From assembly GCA_965242525.1 (NCBI GenBank), contig OZ251459.1, positions 2,176,001 to 2,240,000 of the forward strand: a DNA stretch of 64,000 nucleotides. Reading direction: 5' to 3'. How positions within the stretch are numbered: the stretch's first letter is position 1; every line of letters starts with the position of its first letter. The position numbers and the translations under genes are program-made. The stretch is from an uncultured Candidatus Binatia bacterium. GTDB lineage: Bacteria; Desulfobacterota; Binatia; UBA9968; JAJDTQ01. Positions 44,632 to 54,378 of the stretch are shown in pieces. The notes under the pieces were generated by a model that saw only the letters and a program-made list of their open reading frames with translations, did not search any database and was not told the DNA's origin.

Positions 44632-45795
44632 CTAGAGGCTCACGCGCTGGACCCTTTCCACCGCCTCCTGCAGACGGTCCGCGGGGGAGCACAGCGTGAG
44701 CCGGACGAAGCCCTCCCCGGGTTCGCCGAAGCCGTTGCCGGGGGTGGTCACGATGCCGGCCTCGTCCAGGAGCCGGGCGGTGAAGTCGGCCGAAGTCCAT
44801 CCCCGGGGCACGGGAAGCCACACGTAGAACGTCGCCCGGGGCGCCGGAAGCTCGAAGCCCGCCCCGCGGAAACCGTCCACCAACGTGTCCCGCCTCTCCT
44901 GATAGACTTCGCGGATGGGCGCGAGGAACTCTTCCGCGTGCTCCAGGGCGAGTATGCCCGCCTCCTGCACCGGCTGGAACACCCCGGAGTCCACGTTGGA
45001 CTTCACCCGCCCCAGCGTTCCCACGAGATCCGGGTTGCCCACCGCCATGCCGATGCGCCAGCCGGTCATGTTGAAGGTCTTGGACAGGGAATGGAACTCG
45101 ATGGCGACTTCCTTCGCGCCCTCCACCTGCAACAGGCTCGGGGGGCGGTATCCGTCGAAGCCGACCTCCGTGTATGCGGCGTCATGGCACAGGATGATCC
45201 GGTTGCGACGGGCAAACTCCACAGCTTCCCGGAAGAAACCCTCGTCCGTGACCGCGCCGGTGGGGTTGTTGGGGTAGTTGAGCCACAGCATCTTCGCGCG
45301 CCCGAGCACGTCCGGGGGGATGCTCGAAAGGTCCGGCAGGAACCCGTTCTCGCGCCGGAGCGGCAGGAAGAAGACCTCGCCGCCGTTGAACCGGGCGCCG
45401 ATCTCGTACACCGGATAGGAAGGCGTGGGCACGAGGACCACGTCCCCGGGGTCCACGTAGGCCACCGCCATGTTGGCCACGCCTTCCTTGGACCCGATGA
45501 GCGAGACCACCTCCGAAGCGGCGTCCAGCGTGACGCCGAAGCGCCGCCCGTACCAGTCGGCCACCGCTTGGCGGAACTCCATCATCCCCGCGCTGCTCGG
45601 ATAACGGTGGTTGACCGGCTTCGCCGCGGCCTGCGAAAGCGCCTGGATGATCCTTCCGGGCGTGGGAATGTCCGGGTCCCCGATCCCCAGGTCGATCAGA
45701 TCGACCCCTTTCTCCAGGGCCGCGCGCTTCTTGCGGTCGATCTCCGCGAACAGGTACGGCGGCAACTCACGGATGCGTCGTGCCGGGTGGAACAT
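44632..45795 (-). CDS. dapL: LL-diaminopimelate aminotransferase (class I/II PLP enzyme)
   Basis: LPPYLFAEI, GSKEG, NYPNNPTG, SLSKTFNMTGWRIG. Confidence 0.82.
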   Translation of the reverse strand: MFHPARRIRELPPYLFAEIDRKKRAALEKGVDLIDLGIGDPDIPTPGRIIQALSQAAAKPVNHRYPSSAGMMEFRQAVADWYGRRFGVTLDAASEVVSLIGSKEGVANMAVAYVDPGDVVLVPTPSYPVYEIGARFNGGEVFFLPLRRENGFLPDLSSIPPDVLGRAKMLWLNYPNNPTGAVTDEGFFREAVEFARRNRIILCHDAAYTEVGFDGYRPPSLLQVEGAKEVAIEFHSLSKTFNMTGWRIGMAVGNPDLVGTLGRVKSNVDSGVFQPVQEAGILALEHAEEFLAPIREVYQERRDTLVDGFRGAGFELPAPRATFYVWLPVPRGWTSADFTARLLDEAGIVTTPGNGFGEPGEGFVRLTLCSPADRLQEAVERVQRVSL

Positions 45796-45798
45796 CGC

Positions 45799-46353
45799 TC
45801 AGAACTCGCTTTCTTTGGTTAATCCGAACTTCAAGCCTCCACTCGCGTCGCCCATCTCCCGGCGCTTGGACGCTCGCCCGCTCCTGCGGATCGCCTCCGC
45901 GATGGGACCTAACCGCGACGGCCCCGAGAACATGTCCTCGTCCACCATTCTCTTTATGTCCCCGACACTCATGGATGCAATGAACTCGAAGATCCTCGGC
46001 ATCGCGCTTGTACGCGACTTGGAAGCCGGCTCCTCGATACCGTAAATCTGGCAGAAATTCCTGATGTCTCCGAAATTCGGTAGAAATGTCTTCTTCTGAA
46101 AGCGCCTGCCCAACTCGACCAACGCCGCCTTCTTGGTGTTTTCCACGTCCATCCTGTCGATATAGTCAAGGGCTGTGGGCTTTGCCTTGCTTCTCCCGGT
46201 TTTCGGTTTACCCCGTTCCCCGGAACCCTCGGGGCCGACGACGCTCGCCGTGACGTTGGACGTTCGTATTTCTTCCAGAGAGCGAAAGACCCTGTCGATG
46301 CCGTAAGCGCGCACCATCGACGAGAGCTCGGACTTGAGATTCCTCTCATTCAT
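45799..46353 (-). CDS. Hypothetical protein coupled to ParA
   Basis: ATGA overlap with parA; lower-GC ORF. Confidence 0.65.
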   Translation of the reverse strand: MNERNLKSELSSMVRAYGIDRVFRSLEEIRTSNVTASVVGPEGSGERGKPKTGRSKAKPTALDYIDRMDVENTKKAALVELGRRFQKKTFLPNFGDIRNFCQIYGIEEPASKSRTSAMPRIFEFIASMSVGDIKRMVDEDMFSGPSRLGPIAEAIRRSGRASKRREMGDASGGLKFGLTKESEF

Positions 46354-47225
46354 GTCGTTCTGTCCGCTTGAATCCCGAGGCTCTCGAAGAACTCCGCTGC
46401 GAAGCGCGTGAATCGCCAAGCATTTCCCGTGGATTCGAAGTCCCCGCGCATCATCTTCGGGAATCCCCGAGAGAACGGCAACTGATTTTTGAATATGCGC
46501 CATTCGTTGGCCGATGCCTCTTTCTCTATCTCGTTCATGGAACGTGTCCGTTCTGGCCCTCCCCTGTTTCCGCTGTAGTGGTATGAGGAGTTGTTGATGA
46601 CCACCCCTACCACGTCTATCTTATGGCCTCTATTGTGCCGTTTGAAATCGGCAAGGGAATCCCGCAGGAGCGGGAACCCAATAGTGGCAAAGAACTCCGG
46701 ACGAACGGGCACCAGGACGTAACGGGATGCCTGGTATGCAATGCGTGTCAGGATCGACTCGGTAGGAGCGCAGTCGATGATTATGATGTCTTTCTCTTGA
46801 AAGTCTGTCGCGATGACGTCTGCCAAGGTCCCTTCGCCAGCATGATGGGTTGCACCCAGGAGGTTGTCGGAAAAATCGAACCTCGAAGGGATCAAATCCA
46901 GCTTCGCACCACCTAGCCGGGTGCCTCCAACCACAACGTCCTCAAGGTTGAGACGGCTCGGACCCGCCTTCTTGTTGCTCGGTGGCCTATGTCCTCTGAA
47001 CACCTCGACGATAGATGGTCTCTTGTCGATCAGGAACCGCTTGTAGCTGTCGCCCATGAGCGCCTGTGACAAGTTTGCCTGCGGGTCGAGGTCTATGGCC
47101 AGCACATCCAGACGGAGATGGGTGGACGCATAGCGACCGAGAAGGGCCGCAACGGTGGTCTTGCCTACCCCGCCTTTGAGGTTGATGACCGATATGCAGA
47201 CCGGACCGCGAGTCGCCACCTTCAA
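46350..47225 (-). CDS. ParA/Soj family ATPase
   Basis: NLKGGVGKTT, IDLDPQANLS, IIDCAPT. Confidence 0.9.
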   Translation of the reverse strand: MKVATRGPVCISVINLKGGVGKTTVAALLGRYASTHLRLDVLAIDLDPQANLSQALMGDSYKRFLIDKRPSIVEVFRGHRPPSNKKAGPSRLNLEDVVVGGTRLGGAKLDLIPSRFDFSDNLLGATHHAGEGTLADVIATDFQEKDIIIIDCAPTESILTRIAYQASRYVLVPVRPEFFATIGFPLLRDSLADFKRHNRGHKIDVVGVVINNSSYHYSGNRGGPERTRSMNEIEKEASANEWRIFKNQLPFSRGFPKMMRGDFESTGNAWRFTRFAAEFFESLGIQADRTT

Positions 47226-47539
47226 CCCCCAACCGATTCAACTGAGCGAGCGCGGAACGCGGGCCGCCGCGGGCGACGGCCGCAAGGGACAGCGCCAAAG
47301 TAATGGACCGTAACACGGACAGGAAACGCAATCAACTTTGGGCCTGCGCCGTCTCCAAGCGGGCCGTCTGAAGGCGGCGTAAAGCACCGAACGGCTTGCG
47401 TTTCCAGCCTGACCCGACCGTCCCCCATCCCGTACCGCCATCGTTTCTTTCCGTAGTGAACCCTTGGCTTTGGAGCGGCTATCGGGTACGGTCCGTGAAC
47501 GCACGGTACCCATGGAAACCCCCGACGGAGAAAGCACCC

Positions 47540-48052
47540 ATGCCGTTCCCGATCGTGGTTGACGGCTACAACGTCATTGGCAGCGAACAGGGGTTGCGCG
47601 GCGACCTGGAGCAGAGGCGGGCCGAGCTCATCGAGGAGATCGCGCGGTACCAGGCGCGCACCGGCCATGTCCTGACGACGGTCTTCGACGGCTGGCGCAA
47701 CGGACGCCGGGACGAGACCACGCAACAGGTGGGGAACGTCACCGTGGTGTTCTCCCGCTACGGGGAGAAGGCCGACGCGGTGATCGAGCGCCTGGCCCGG
47801 GAGATGGGTTCCGCGTGCGTGGTGGTGACTTCGGACCGGGACTTGCGCCGGAGCGTGGAATCGGGCGGTGCGACGGCCGTGTACGTGGGACAGTTCATCG
47901 AGAAGATGCGGACGGACCCGGCGGCCGACCCATCCTGGACCGACGAGGAACCCGAACCGCCCCCCAGACGAACCGGCGACCGGAAGAAAGGCAATCCCGA
48001 AAAGCTCTCCAAGGCGGAGCGCAAGCGCCGCGAAGTCCTCAAGAAGCTCTGA
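47540..48052 (+). CDS. NYN/YacP-like PIN ribonuclease
   Basis: IVVDGYNV, VFDG, ADAVI, VVTSDRDL. Confidence 0.88.
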   Translation: MPFPIVVDGYNVIGSEQGLRGDLEQRRAELIEEIARYQARTGHVLTTVFDGWRNGRRDETTQQVGNVTVVFSRYGEKADAVIERLAREMGSACVVVTSDRDLRRSVESGGATAVYVGQFIEKMRTDPAADPSWTDEEPEPPPRRTGDRKKGNPEKLSKAERKRREVLKKL

Positions 48053-48102
48053 CCGGGCCAAGCCCTGACCGGCCGCCCCCCGCCAACGCCCCCCGCTTCA
48101 GG

Positions 48103-48855
48103 TCAGTTTTCGGAGAACGTCAGGCCGGCGGCTTCGACATCCAGCTCCCGCGCCATGAAGTCCACCACCAGCGGCCACGACAGCTTGGCCGCGTGGGGAT
48201 GGTACCCCTCGGTGCCCGGGTCCACGAAGCCGTGGCCGCCGAAGGGGAAGAAATGCCACTCCAGGCTCTGCCCGTTGGCGAGGAAGCTCTCCCACACCCG
48301 TTGCTGGATGGGCACGGTGGATATGCGGTCATCGACCCCGTACAGGATGATGGACGGGCAGCGGATGTTGCGCGCGGCGTCGCAGGGATGCACGGGCCGC
48401 AGTTCCGTGGCGGGCTCGTCGCGGACCGTGGGGTAGTAGCCCACGAAGGCCCGGACCTCGTGCGTGGCCGCAACGAAGTGGATGGCGATGCGCCCGCCCA
48501 TGCAGTAGCCAGACACCGCCACGCGGCCGGGGTCCACGTCGCTCCGGGAAGTGAGGTAGTCCCAGCCCTGTCGGATCACGCGGACGAAGTCGGCGTCCCT
48601 GGTGCGAGCCTGGATCTGGCGGCCCGTGTGGATGTGGGTCTCGGCCGGGTGGCCGAGCAACGAATACAGGTTCGGCGCCACCACCGTGTATCCGAGATGG
48701 GCGAACTTGAGCGCCTCGATCTTCTGGTAGTCCGTCAGCCCGGTGTTCTGGTGGGTCATGAGCAAGGCCGGACCCGGCCGGTCCCGCTCCGGATGAGCCA
48801 AGTAACCGTAGATCCCGTCCCTTTCGGGCGTGAGCACTCGTTCGTGGACTTTCAT
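48103..48855 (-). CDS. Dienelactone hydrolase family protein
   Basis: GYCMGG nucleophile elbow, HGF. Confidence 0.9.
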   Translation of the reverse strand: MKVHERVLTPERDGIYGYLAHPERDRPGPALLMTHQNTGLTDYQKIEALKFAHLGYTVVAPNLYSLLGHPAETHIHTGRQIQARTRDADFVRVIRQGWDYLTSRSDVDPGRVAVSGYCMGGRIAIHFVAATHEVRAFVGYYPTVRDEPATELRPVHPCDAARNIRCPSIILYGVDDRISTVPIQQRVWESFLANGQSLEWHFFPFGGHGFVDPGTEGYHPHAAKLSWPLVVDFMARELDVEAAGLTFSEN

Positions 48856-48891
48856 GCGGCGGACGACTCAGGGGACGATTTCGGGGAGTGG

Positions 48892-48968
48892 TGGTTGCGG
48901 GGGGTGGATTTGAACCACCGACCTCAAGGTTATGAGCCTTGCGAGCTACCGGGCTGCTCCACCCCGCA
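48892..48968 (-). tRNA. tRNA-Met(CAT), initiator-type
   Basis: TGCGGGGTGGAGCAGCCCGGTAGCTCGCAAGGCTCATAACCTTGAGGTCGGTGGTTCAAATCCACCCCCCGCAACCA. Confidence 0.95.
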
Positions 48969-48998
48969 GGATGTTTGTAGCCCGTCGTGGGGGCGCTG

Positions 48999-49529
48999 TC
49001 AACCCGTCCGGGAACGAAACCCCTTGGCGCCCGCCCCTTGCCGGGGGAACTTTTCCCGGAGCTGCGCGAGGACCACCTCCGGGACGAACGCGGCCACGTC
49101 GCCGCCCAACTCCGCCACCTCCTTGACCAGCCGCGAGCTGATGTAGAAAGAGGACTCCCCCGTCATCATGAAGAAAGTCTCCAGGTCGCGCTTGAGCCGC
49201 CGGTTCATGGTGGCCATCTGGAACTCGTACTCGAAGTCCGACACCGCCCGCAGCCCGCGGATGAACACCTTGGCGGACACCGTCTCCGCGTAGTCCACCA
49301 GCAGTCCCTCGAAGCTGTCCACGCGCACGCGCTCCTCGGACTCGAACACCCGTTGCACCGTGGCCATGCGCTCCTCCACCGTGAACAGGGCGCGGCCCTT
49401 GTCCTGGTTGCGCGCGATGGCGATGATCACCTGGTCGAAGATCCGCAGCGTCCGCCTCACCAAGTCCACGTGGCCGTTGGTGATGGGGTCGAAGGATCCG
49501 GGATAGACCGCTACGCTGATTTCCGCCAT
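48999..49529 (-). CDS. coaD: Phosphopantetheine adenylyltransferase
   Basis: YPGSFDPITNGH, RGLRAVSDFEYE, ISSRLVKE. Confidence 0.97.
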   Translation of the reverse strand: MAEISVAVYPGSFDPITNGHVDLVRRTLRIFDQVIIAIARNQDKGRALFTVEERMATVQRVFESEERVRVDSFEGLLVDYAETVSAKVFIRGLRAVSDFEYEFQMATMNRRLKRDLETFFMMTGESSFYISSRLVKEVAELGGDVAAFVPEVVLAQLREKFPRQGAGAKGFRSRTG

Positions 49530-50101
49530 GTCGAAGAATCCTGTTCCCCGCGGCCGACCTCGAAGAAGGAAAGCGCCGTATCGCCGTACCGGCGCAGGTC
49601 CCGGCGCACCAGATCGCCGTACCGCTCCCCTACCGTTTCCCTCGCGCTGTGCTCGGCCACGGCAACGCCCTCCGCCCGCAGCGTCCGGTTCTCGCCGATC
49701 AGGGTCAACGCCTTGTCCGCCCAGCCCCGGTCGTAAGGCGGGTCGAGGAAGATCGCGTCATACGCCGCGCCCTCGTCGGACAGCCGCCGCAACGCCTTGC
49801 CCACCGGTTGCGGCCATACCCGCGCCCGGTCCGCGAAGCCCAGCGTCTCCAGGTTCCGGCGCATGAGCCTCGCAGCCTCCGCGGACTCGTCCACCAGCAG
49901 GGCCGACGCAGCCCCCCGGCTCAAGGCCTCCAGCGACAGGCTCCCGCTCCCGGCGAACAGGTCCAGCACCCGCATCCCCGCCAAGTCCCGCGGAAGGATG
50001 TCGAACAGCGCCTCCCTCACCCGGTCGGCCGTAGGCCGGATGGCATTCCCTCTGGGCGCCCGTATCCGCCTTCCCCGGGCGGCGCCGCCAATGATGCGCA
50101 T
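49511..50101 (-). CDS. rsmD: 16S rRNA (G966-N2) methyltransferase
   Basis: MRIIGG, RPTADRVREALF, LDLFAGSG, DPPY. Confidence 0.95.
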   Translation of the reverse strand: MRIIGGAARGRRIRAPRGNAIRPTADRVREALFDILPRDLAGMRVLDLFAGSGSLSLEALSRGAASALLVDESAEAARLMRRNLETLGFADRARVWPQPVGKALRRLSDEGAAYDAIFLDPPYDRGWADKALTLIGENRTLRAEGVAVAEHSARETVGERYGDLVRRDLRRYGDTALSFFEVGRGEQDSSTWRKSA

Positions 50102-50233
50102 GGTCCATCCCGCCGTGCGTGAAGCCGGCTCGTTCCGCAACGGGACCTTCACACGGACGGACTCCAGGCTAACGTCCGTATTGGTCCGTCGGCGGTGACT
50201 CCTGGTTGTCCGGTTGCATCGCCCCCCACGGCG

Positions 50234-51268
50234 CTACCCCGGAACCAGTACGACCTTGCCGAACTGCCTCCCGGCCTCGAGCTTCGTCTGGGCCGCCCGG
50301 GCCTCCGCCAGAGGGAAGCTCTCGTCGATGACCGGCTTGACCTTCGCCGCTTCCACGAACCGCAGCACCTGCTCGAACTCTTCCCGGCTGCCCAGGGTCG
50401 ATCCGAAGATGCTGAGGTGGTTCCAGAAGATCCGGCGGATGTCCGTGGGCGGGTTGGCCCCGGTGGTCGCGCCGCAGGTGACCAGACGGCCTCCCTTGGC
50501 GAGGGCCGCGAGGCTCTTGGCCCAGCTATCGCCGCCCACGCAGTCCACCACCACGTCCACGCCCCTCTTGCCGGTGACGTCCCGCATGGCCCGGACGAAG
50601 TCTTGGGTCCGGTAGTTCAGGCCGTGGTCGGCCCCCAGACGCCGGGCCCCTTCGACCTTCTCGTCGCTGCCGGAGGTGACCGCCACCCATGCGTTCATGG
50701 CCTTGGCGATCTGGAGCGCGGCCAGGGCCACGCCGCCGCCGATGCCCAGGATCAGCACCTTCTCACCGGGCGCGAGCCGGGCGTTGGTGACGAGCATGCG
50801 CCAGACCGTGACGAACACCAGCGGGAACGCCGCGGCCTCGTCGAACCCATAGCCCTCGGGCACGGGGAAGCAGTTGGCGCCCGGCACGGCCACGTACTCG
50901 GCATAGGTCCCGTCCATGCCCTCGCCCAGGACGCGAAGCCGCACGCACATGAAGTCCCGGTCGGTGCGGCAGAACTCGCAGTGTCCGCACCCTGCCGGAG
51001 GATAGAGGCAGACCGCGTCGCCCTTCTTGCAGTGGGCCACCTCGCTTCCCGCCTCCTCCACCACGCCCGCGCCGTCGGCGCCGAGGATGTGCGGGAACTC
51101 GACCTTCATGCCGGTGAGGCCCTTGCGGTTCCACAGGTCGATATGGTTCAGCGCCGCGGCCCGGAGGCGCACCACCACGTCCTTCGGCGAGGGCGGCGCC
51201 GGGTCCGGCGCGTCCTCGTAGCGGAGCGTATCGACTCCGCCGTACTCATGGATCCGGACTGCTTTCAA
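50234..51268 (-). CDS. Zinc-binding alcohol dehydrogenase/quinone oxidoreductase
   Basis: LNHIDLW, CGHCEFC...C, GIGGGVA, GKVVL. Confidence 0.9.
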   Translation of the reverse strand: MKAVRIHEYGGVDTLRYEDAPDPAPPSPKDVVVRLRAAALNHIDLWNRKGLTGMKVEFPHILGADGAGVVEEAGSEVAHCKKGDAVCLYPPAGCGHCEFCRTDRDFMCVRLRVLGEGMDGTYAEYVAVPGANCFPVPEGYGFDEAAAFPLVFVTVWRMLVTNARLAPGEKVLILGIGGGVALAALQIAKAMNAWVAVTSGSDEKVEGARRLGADHGLNYRTQDFVRAMRDVTGKRGVDVVVDCVGGDSWAKSLAALAKGGRLVTCGATTGANPPTDIRRIFWNHLSIFGSTLGSREEFEQVLRFVEAAKVKPVIDESFPLAEARAAQTKLEAGRQFGKVVLVPG

Positions 51269-51388
51269 GGTAACGGCCTCGGAGAAGGTTCGGCCCGGTG
51301 GACGGGACGGCTCAAGTGCGTCGTTGGAGGAACCGCGGCCGGCCGCGGCTTGCCGCGAGGCCGCGGCCCGCCGCCCCGGGGCAGGCCC

Positions 51389-51730
51389 TCACGCCGAAAA
51401 GGAGGTGCCGCATCCGCAAGTGCCCGTGGCGTTGGGGTTGGTGAAGCGAAAGCTGGCGCCCTGGAGCTCGCTCACGTAGTCGATGACGGTGCCCCGGAGC
51501 TGCTGCAGGATGGCGGCCTCCACGTAAACCTCGAGGCCGTCCATCTCCAGCACCGTGTCTTCCGGCCCGGGGCCGTCGTCGAAATCCAGCTTGTAGGAGT
51601 AGCCGGAGCATCCCCCGGGGGTCACGGACACCCGCAGCCCGCGGTCGGCAAGGTTCTCTCGCTGGCGGATCTTCTTGACGTGGGTTACCGCAGCGTCGGT
51701 CAGGCGAAGGGCTTGTTCTCGATGGTCCAC
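51389..51730 (-). CDS. HesB/IscA/ErpA Fe-S assembly protein
   Basis: GGCSGYSY, NPNATGTCGCGTSF. Confidence 0.93.
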   Translation of the reverse strand: MDHREQALRLTDAAVTHVKKIRQRENLADRGLRVSVTPGGCSGYSYKLDFDDGPGPEDTVLEMDGLEVYVEAAILQQLRGTVIDYVSELQGASFRFTNPNATGTCGCGTSFSA

Positions 51731-51761
51731 ACACCGAGTCTAGTCAACGCTTCCCTGCAAG

Positions 51762-53234
51762 TCAAGATTCCCGCCGCCCTTCCCGCTGCCCCCCTTCTCC
51801 CTGCCCCCCTTCCCGCTGCCTGATTCCCGCGGCGATCTTCCGCGGCAGGCCGCCGAAGCCGCCGTTGGACATCACCAGCACCACGTCCCCGTCCACCGCG
51901 TCCCGGACCACGAGCTTGGCGATGTGGTCCGCTCCGGGGAGGTGGCAGGCGGCCCGGTCCCCCCGTTCCCGGTTGACCAGGTCCACGAGTTCCCCGGGCG
52001 AAAGACGCTCCTCCTCGGGGATCTTCTCCGGGAGGTGCAGGTCGGGCAGGACCACCCTGTCGGCTTGGGCCAGGGCCCGGGCGAACTCCGTGAGGAAGAC
52101 CCGCCGCCGGCTCGTCTGGCTGCGGGGCTCGAACACGGCCCACAGCCGCCGTCCGGGCCAGGCTTCCCTGACCGCGGCGATGGTGTCCCTGACCGCGGTG
52201 GGATGGTGGGCGAAGTCGTCGATGACCAGGACGCCGCCGGCCTCGCCGACCACCTCCTGCCGACGGCGCACCCCGCGGAAGGCCGCCATGCCCGCGCGTA
52301 TGGCCTCGGGACCCAGCCCCATGTCCCGGGCCGCGGCGTAAACCGCGAGCGCGTTGCCGGCGTTGTGGCGGCCGATCAACGGCGTCTCCACGGGGCCTTC
52401 GCAGCCGCCCTTGTAACAGGGGACGAAGACGGTCCGGCCGGCCCGGGTGCGGACGTCCCGGGCCTGCCAGTCCGCGGACTTGCCCAGGCCGTAGTACGAC
52501 ACCGGACAGCCCGCGTCCCGGACCACGTCCCTTGCGTGGACCGCCTCGTCGCACACCAGCAGGCGGCCGCCCGCGGGGACCTTCTCCACCAGGCGCCGGA
52601 ACGACTCCTTGACGTGCTCCAGGTCCCGGTAGATGTCGGCGTGGTCGAACTCCAGGCTCGTGAGGACCACCCTTTCGGGACGGTAGTGGAGGAACTTGGG
52701 ACCCTTGTCGAAGAAGGCGCTGTCGTACTCGTCTCCCTCCATGACCACCCAGGGGCCTGCGCCGGACCGGAACCCGCTGCCGAAGTTCACCGGGATTCCG
52801 CCGATGAAGAAGCTCGGGTCCTGCTCCGCGGCCACCAGCACCCACGCCAGCAACGAAGTGGTGGTGGTCTTGCCGTGGGTCCCGGCCACCACCACCGAGC
52901 GCTTGTCGGCCACCAGGAACCGGCCCAGGGCTTCGGGCAGCGACAGGTACGGGACGCCCCGGCGCAGCACCGCTTCGGCCTCGGGGTTCCCCCGGGACAC
53001 CGCGTTGCCGATGACCACCAGGTCCGGGCAGTGGTCCAGGTGGGTCTCGCGGAAACCCGGCCATACGTCGATGCCGACCCCCGCCAGGAAGTCGCTCATG
53101 GGCGGATAGACGCCCTCGTCCGATCCCGTGACCCGGTAACCCCGCTCCTTCAGCAGCGCCGCCAGCGAGCCGGTGCCCACGCCGCAGACGGCAACGAAAT
53201 GGACCCGCGCTCCGGGGGGAAGCTGCGAGTTCAC
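51762..53234 (-). CDS. mpl: Murein peptide ligase
   Basis: YPPMS, GNAVSRGNPE, AGTHGKTTT, EYDSAFFDKGPKF, DDFAHHPTAV. Confidence 0.92.
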   Translation of the reverse strand: MNSQLPPGARVHFVAVCGVGTGSLAALLKERGYRVTGSDEGVYPPMSDFLAGVGIDVWPGFRETHLDHCPDLVVIGNAVSRGNPEAEAVLRRGVPYLSLPEALGRFLVADKRSVVVAGTHGKTTTTSLLAWVLVAAEQDPSFFIGGIPVNFGSGFRSGAGPWVVMEGDEYDSAFFDKGPKFLHYRPERVVLTSLEFDHADIYRDLEHVKESFRRLVEKVPAGGRLLVCDEAVHARDVVRDAGCPVSYYGLGKSADWQARDVRTRAGRTVFVPCYKGGCEGPVETPLIGRHNAGNALAVYAAARDMGLGPEAIRAGMAAFRGVRRRQEVVGEAGGVLVIDDFAHHPTAVRDTIAAVREAWPGRRLWAVFEPRSQTSRRRVFLTEFARALAQADRVVLPDLHLPEKIPEEERLSPGELVDLVNRERGDRAACHLPGADHIAKLVVRDAVDGDVVLVMSNGGFGGLPRKIAAGIRQREGGQGEGGQREGRRES

Positions 53235-53244
53235 GCCGACGACC

Positions 53245-54378
53245 TCATGCCGACAACCCCTCCATGACGGCGTCGTGCACCAGCGGGCGGAACTCCCGGA
53301 TGGCCTCGTTGCGGCGCGAGGGGTGGACCCGGTTGGTCAGGAACACCACGTGCACGTCCCGCTCCAGATCCCACCACACGGAGACGCCGGTGAAACCCAG
53401 GTGGCCCACGGTCCTGGAAGAGAAGCAACGGCCCGCGGCGGAGCCTCCGGGGGACGGGGTGTCCCAGCCCAGCACGTGGGTCTGGCCCGGGGGGGTCCGG
53501 TCGGCCTCCAGGAACTCGCGCACCACCGCGGGGGGCAGGAAACCCGGCTCGGCGCCCCGGCGGCACCGCCCCAGGAAAGCGAGGAAGCGATGCACGTCCG
53601 GGGCCGACGAGAACAGGCCGGCGTGGCCCGCGACCCCGCCCATGGCGTAGGCGTTGTCGTCGTGGACCTCGCCGCAGAGGACCTTCCCGCGCCAACCGCA
53701 TTCCTCGGTGGCGGCTATCGGGTGTCCGGGATTCGTCACCGGGTGCCCCGGACTCGTCCCCGACCCCCCGGAAGGCCGCTCCAGATCCACGAAGAAAGTC
53801 GCCGACAGCTTCATGGGCGCGAATATGGCACGGTCGCAGAACCGGTCCAGCCGCGCGCCCGCGAGCCGCTCGACCGCCTCCCCCAGGAGGATGAAGCCCA
53901 GGTCGCTGTACAGGGCCTGCCGGCCCGGTTGGGCCACCAGATCTTCGTCGTGGACCCGGCGGTAGCAGCGGCGCCGGGGCGACTCGCCCTCGACGCCCCG
54001 GGCGCTCCCGGCCTCCGCGTAGTAGGGTTTCCAGGCCGGAAGGCCCGACGAGTGGTTCAGCAGATGGCGGAACGTGACCGCGGCCTTGGGGCCGCGTCCG
54101 AACTCCGGCGCCGCGGCGCCCACCGGATCGTCCAGCCGGATGCGTCCGTCCCGCACCAGCAGCATCACCGCGGCGGCGGTAGCCAGGGGCTTGGTGAGGG
54201 AGCTCAGGTCGAACACCGTGTCGGGGGTCATGGGGAGCCGCTCGGGGACCAGCGACCGATGGCCGTAGGCCCGGTGGCAGAGGACCCGCTCGCCCTGCCC
54301 CACCAGCACCACCGCGCCCGGGAAAGCGCCTTCGGCCACGCCGCGGCGGCACGCCTCGTCCAGGGCGTCGGTCCGCAT
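53245..54378 (-). CDS. Beta-lactamase-family serine hydrolase
   Basis: SLTK (SxxK), YSD, GEVHDDNA, GHLGFTG. Confidence 0.9.
   Translation of the reverse strand: MRTDALDEACRRGVAEGAFPGAVVLVGQGERVLCHRAYGHRSLVPERLPMTPDTVFDLSSLTKPLATAAAVMLLVRDGRIRLDDPVGAAAPEFGRGPKAAVTFRHLLNHSSGLPAWKPYYAEAGSARGVEGESPRRRCYRRVHDEDLVAQPGRQALYSDLGFILLGEAVERLAGARLDRFCDRAIFAPMKLSATFFVDLERPSGGSGTSPGHPVTNPGHPIAATEECGWRGKVLCGEVHDDNAYAMGGVAGHAGLFSSAPDVHRFLAFLGRCRRGAEPGFLPPAVVREFLEADRTPPGQTHVLGWDTPSPGGSAAGRCFSSRTVGHLGFTGVSVWWDLERDVHVVFLTNRVHPSRRNEAIREFRPLVHDAVMEGLSA

Noticed and set aside
48103-48968. Island integrated at tRNA-Met
   Set aside because: No integrase and no duplicated tRNA-Met 3' end were found in the window.
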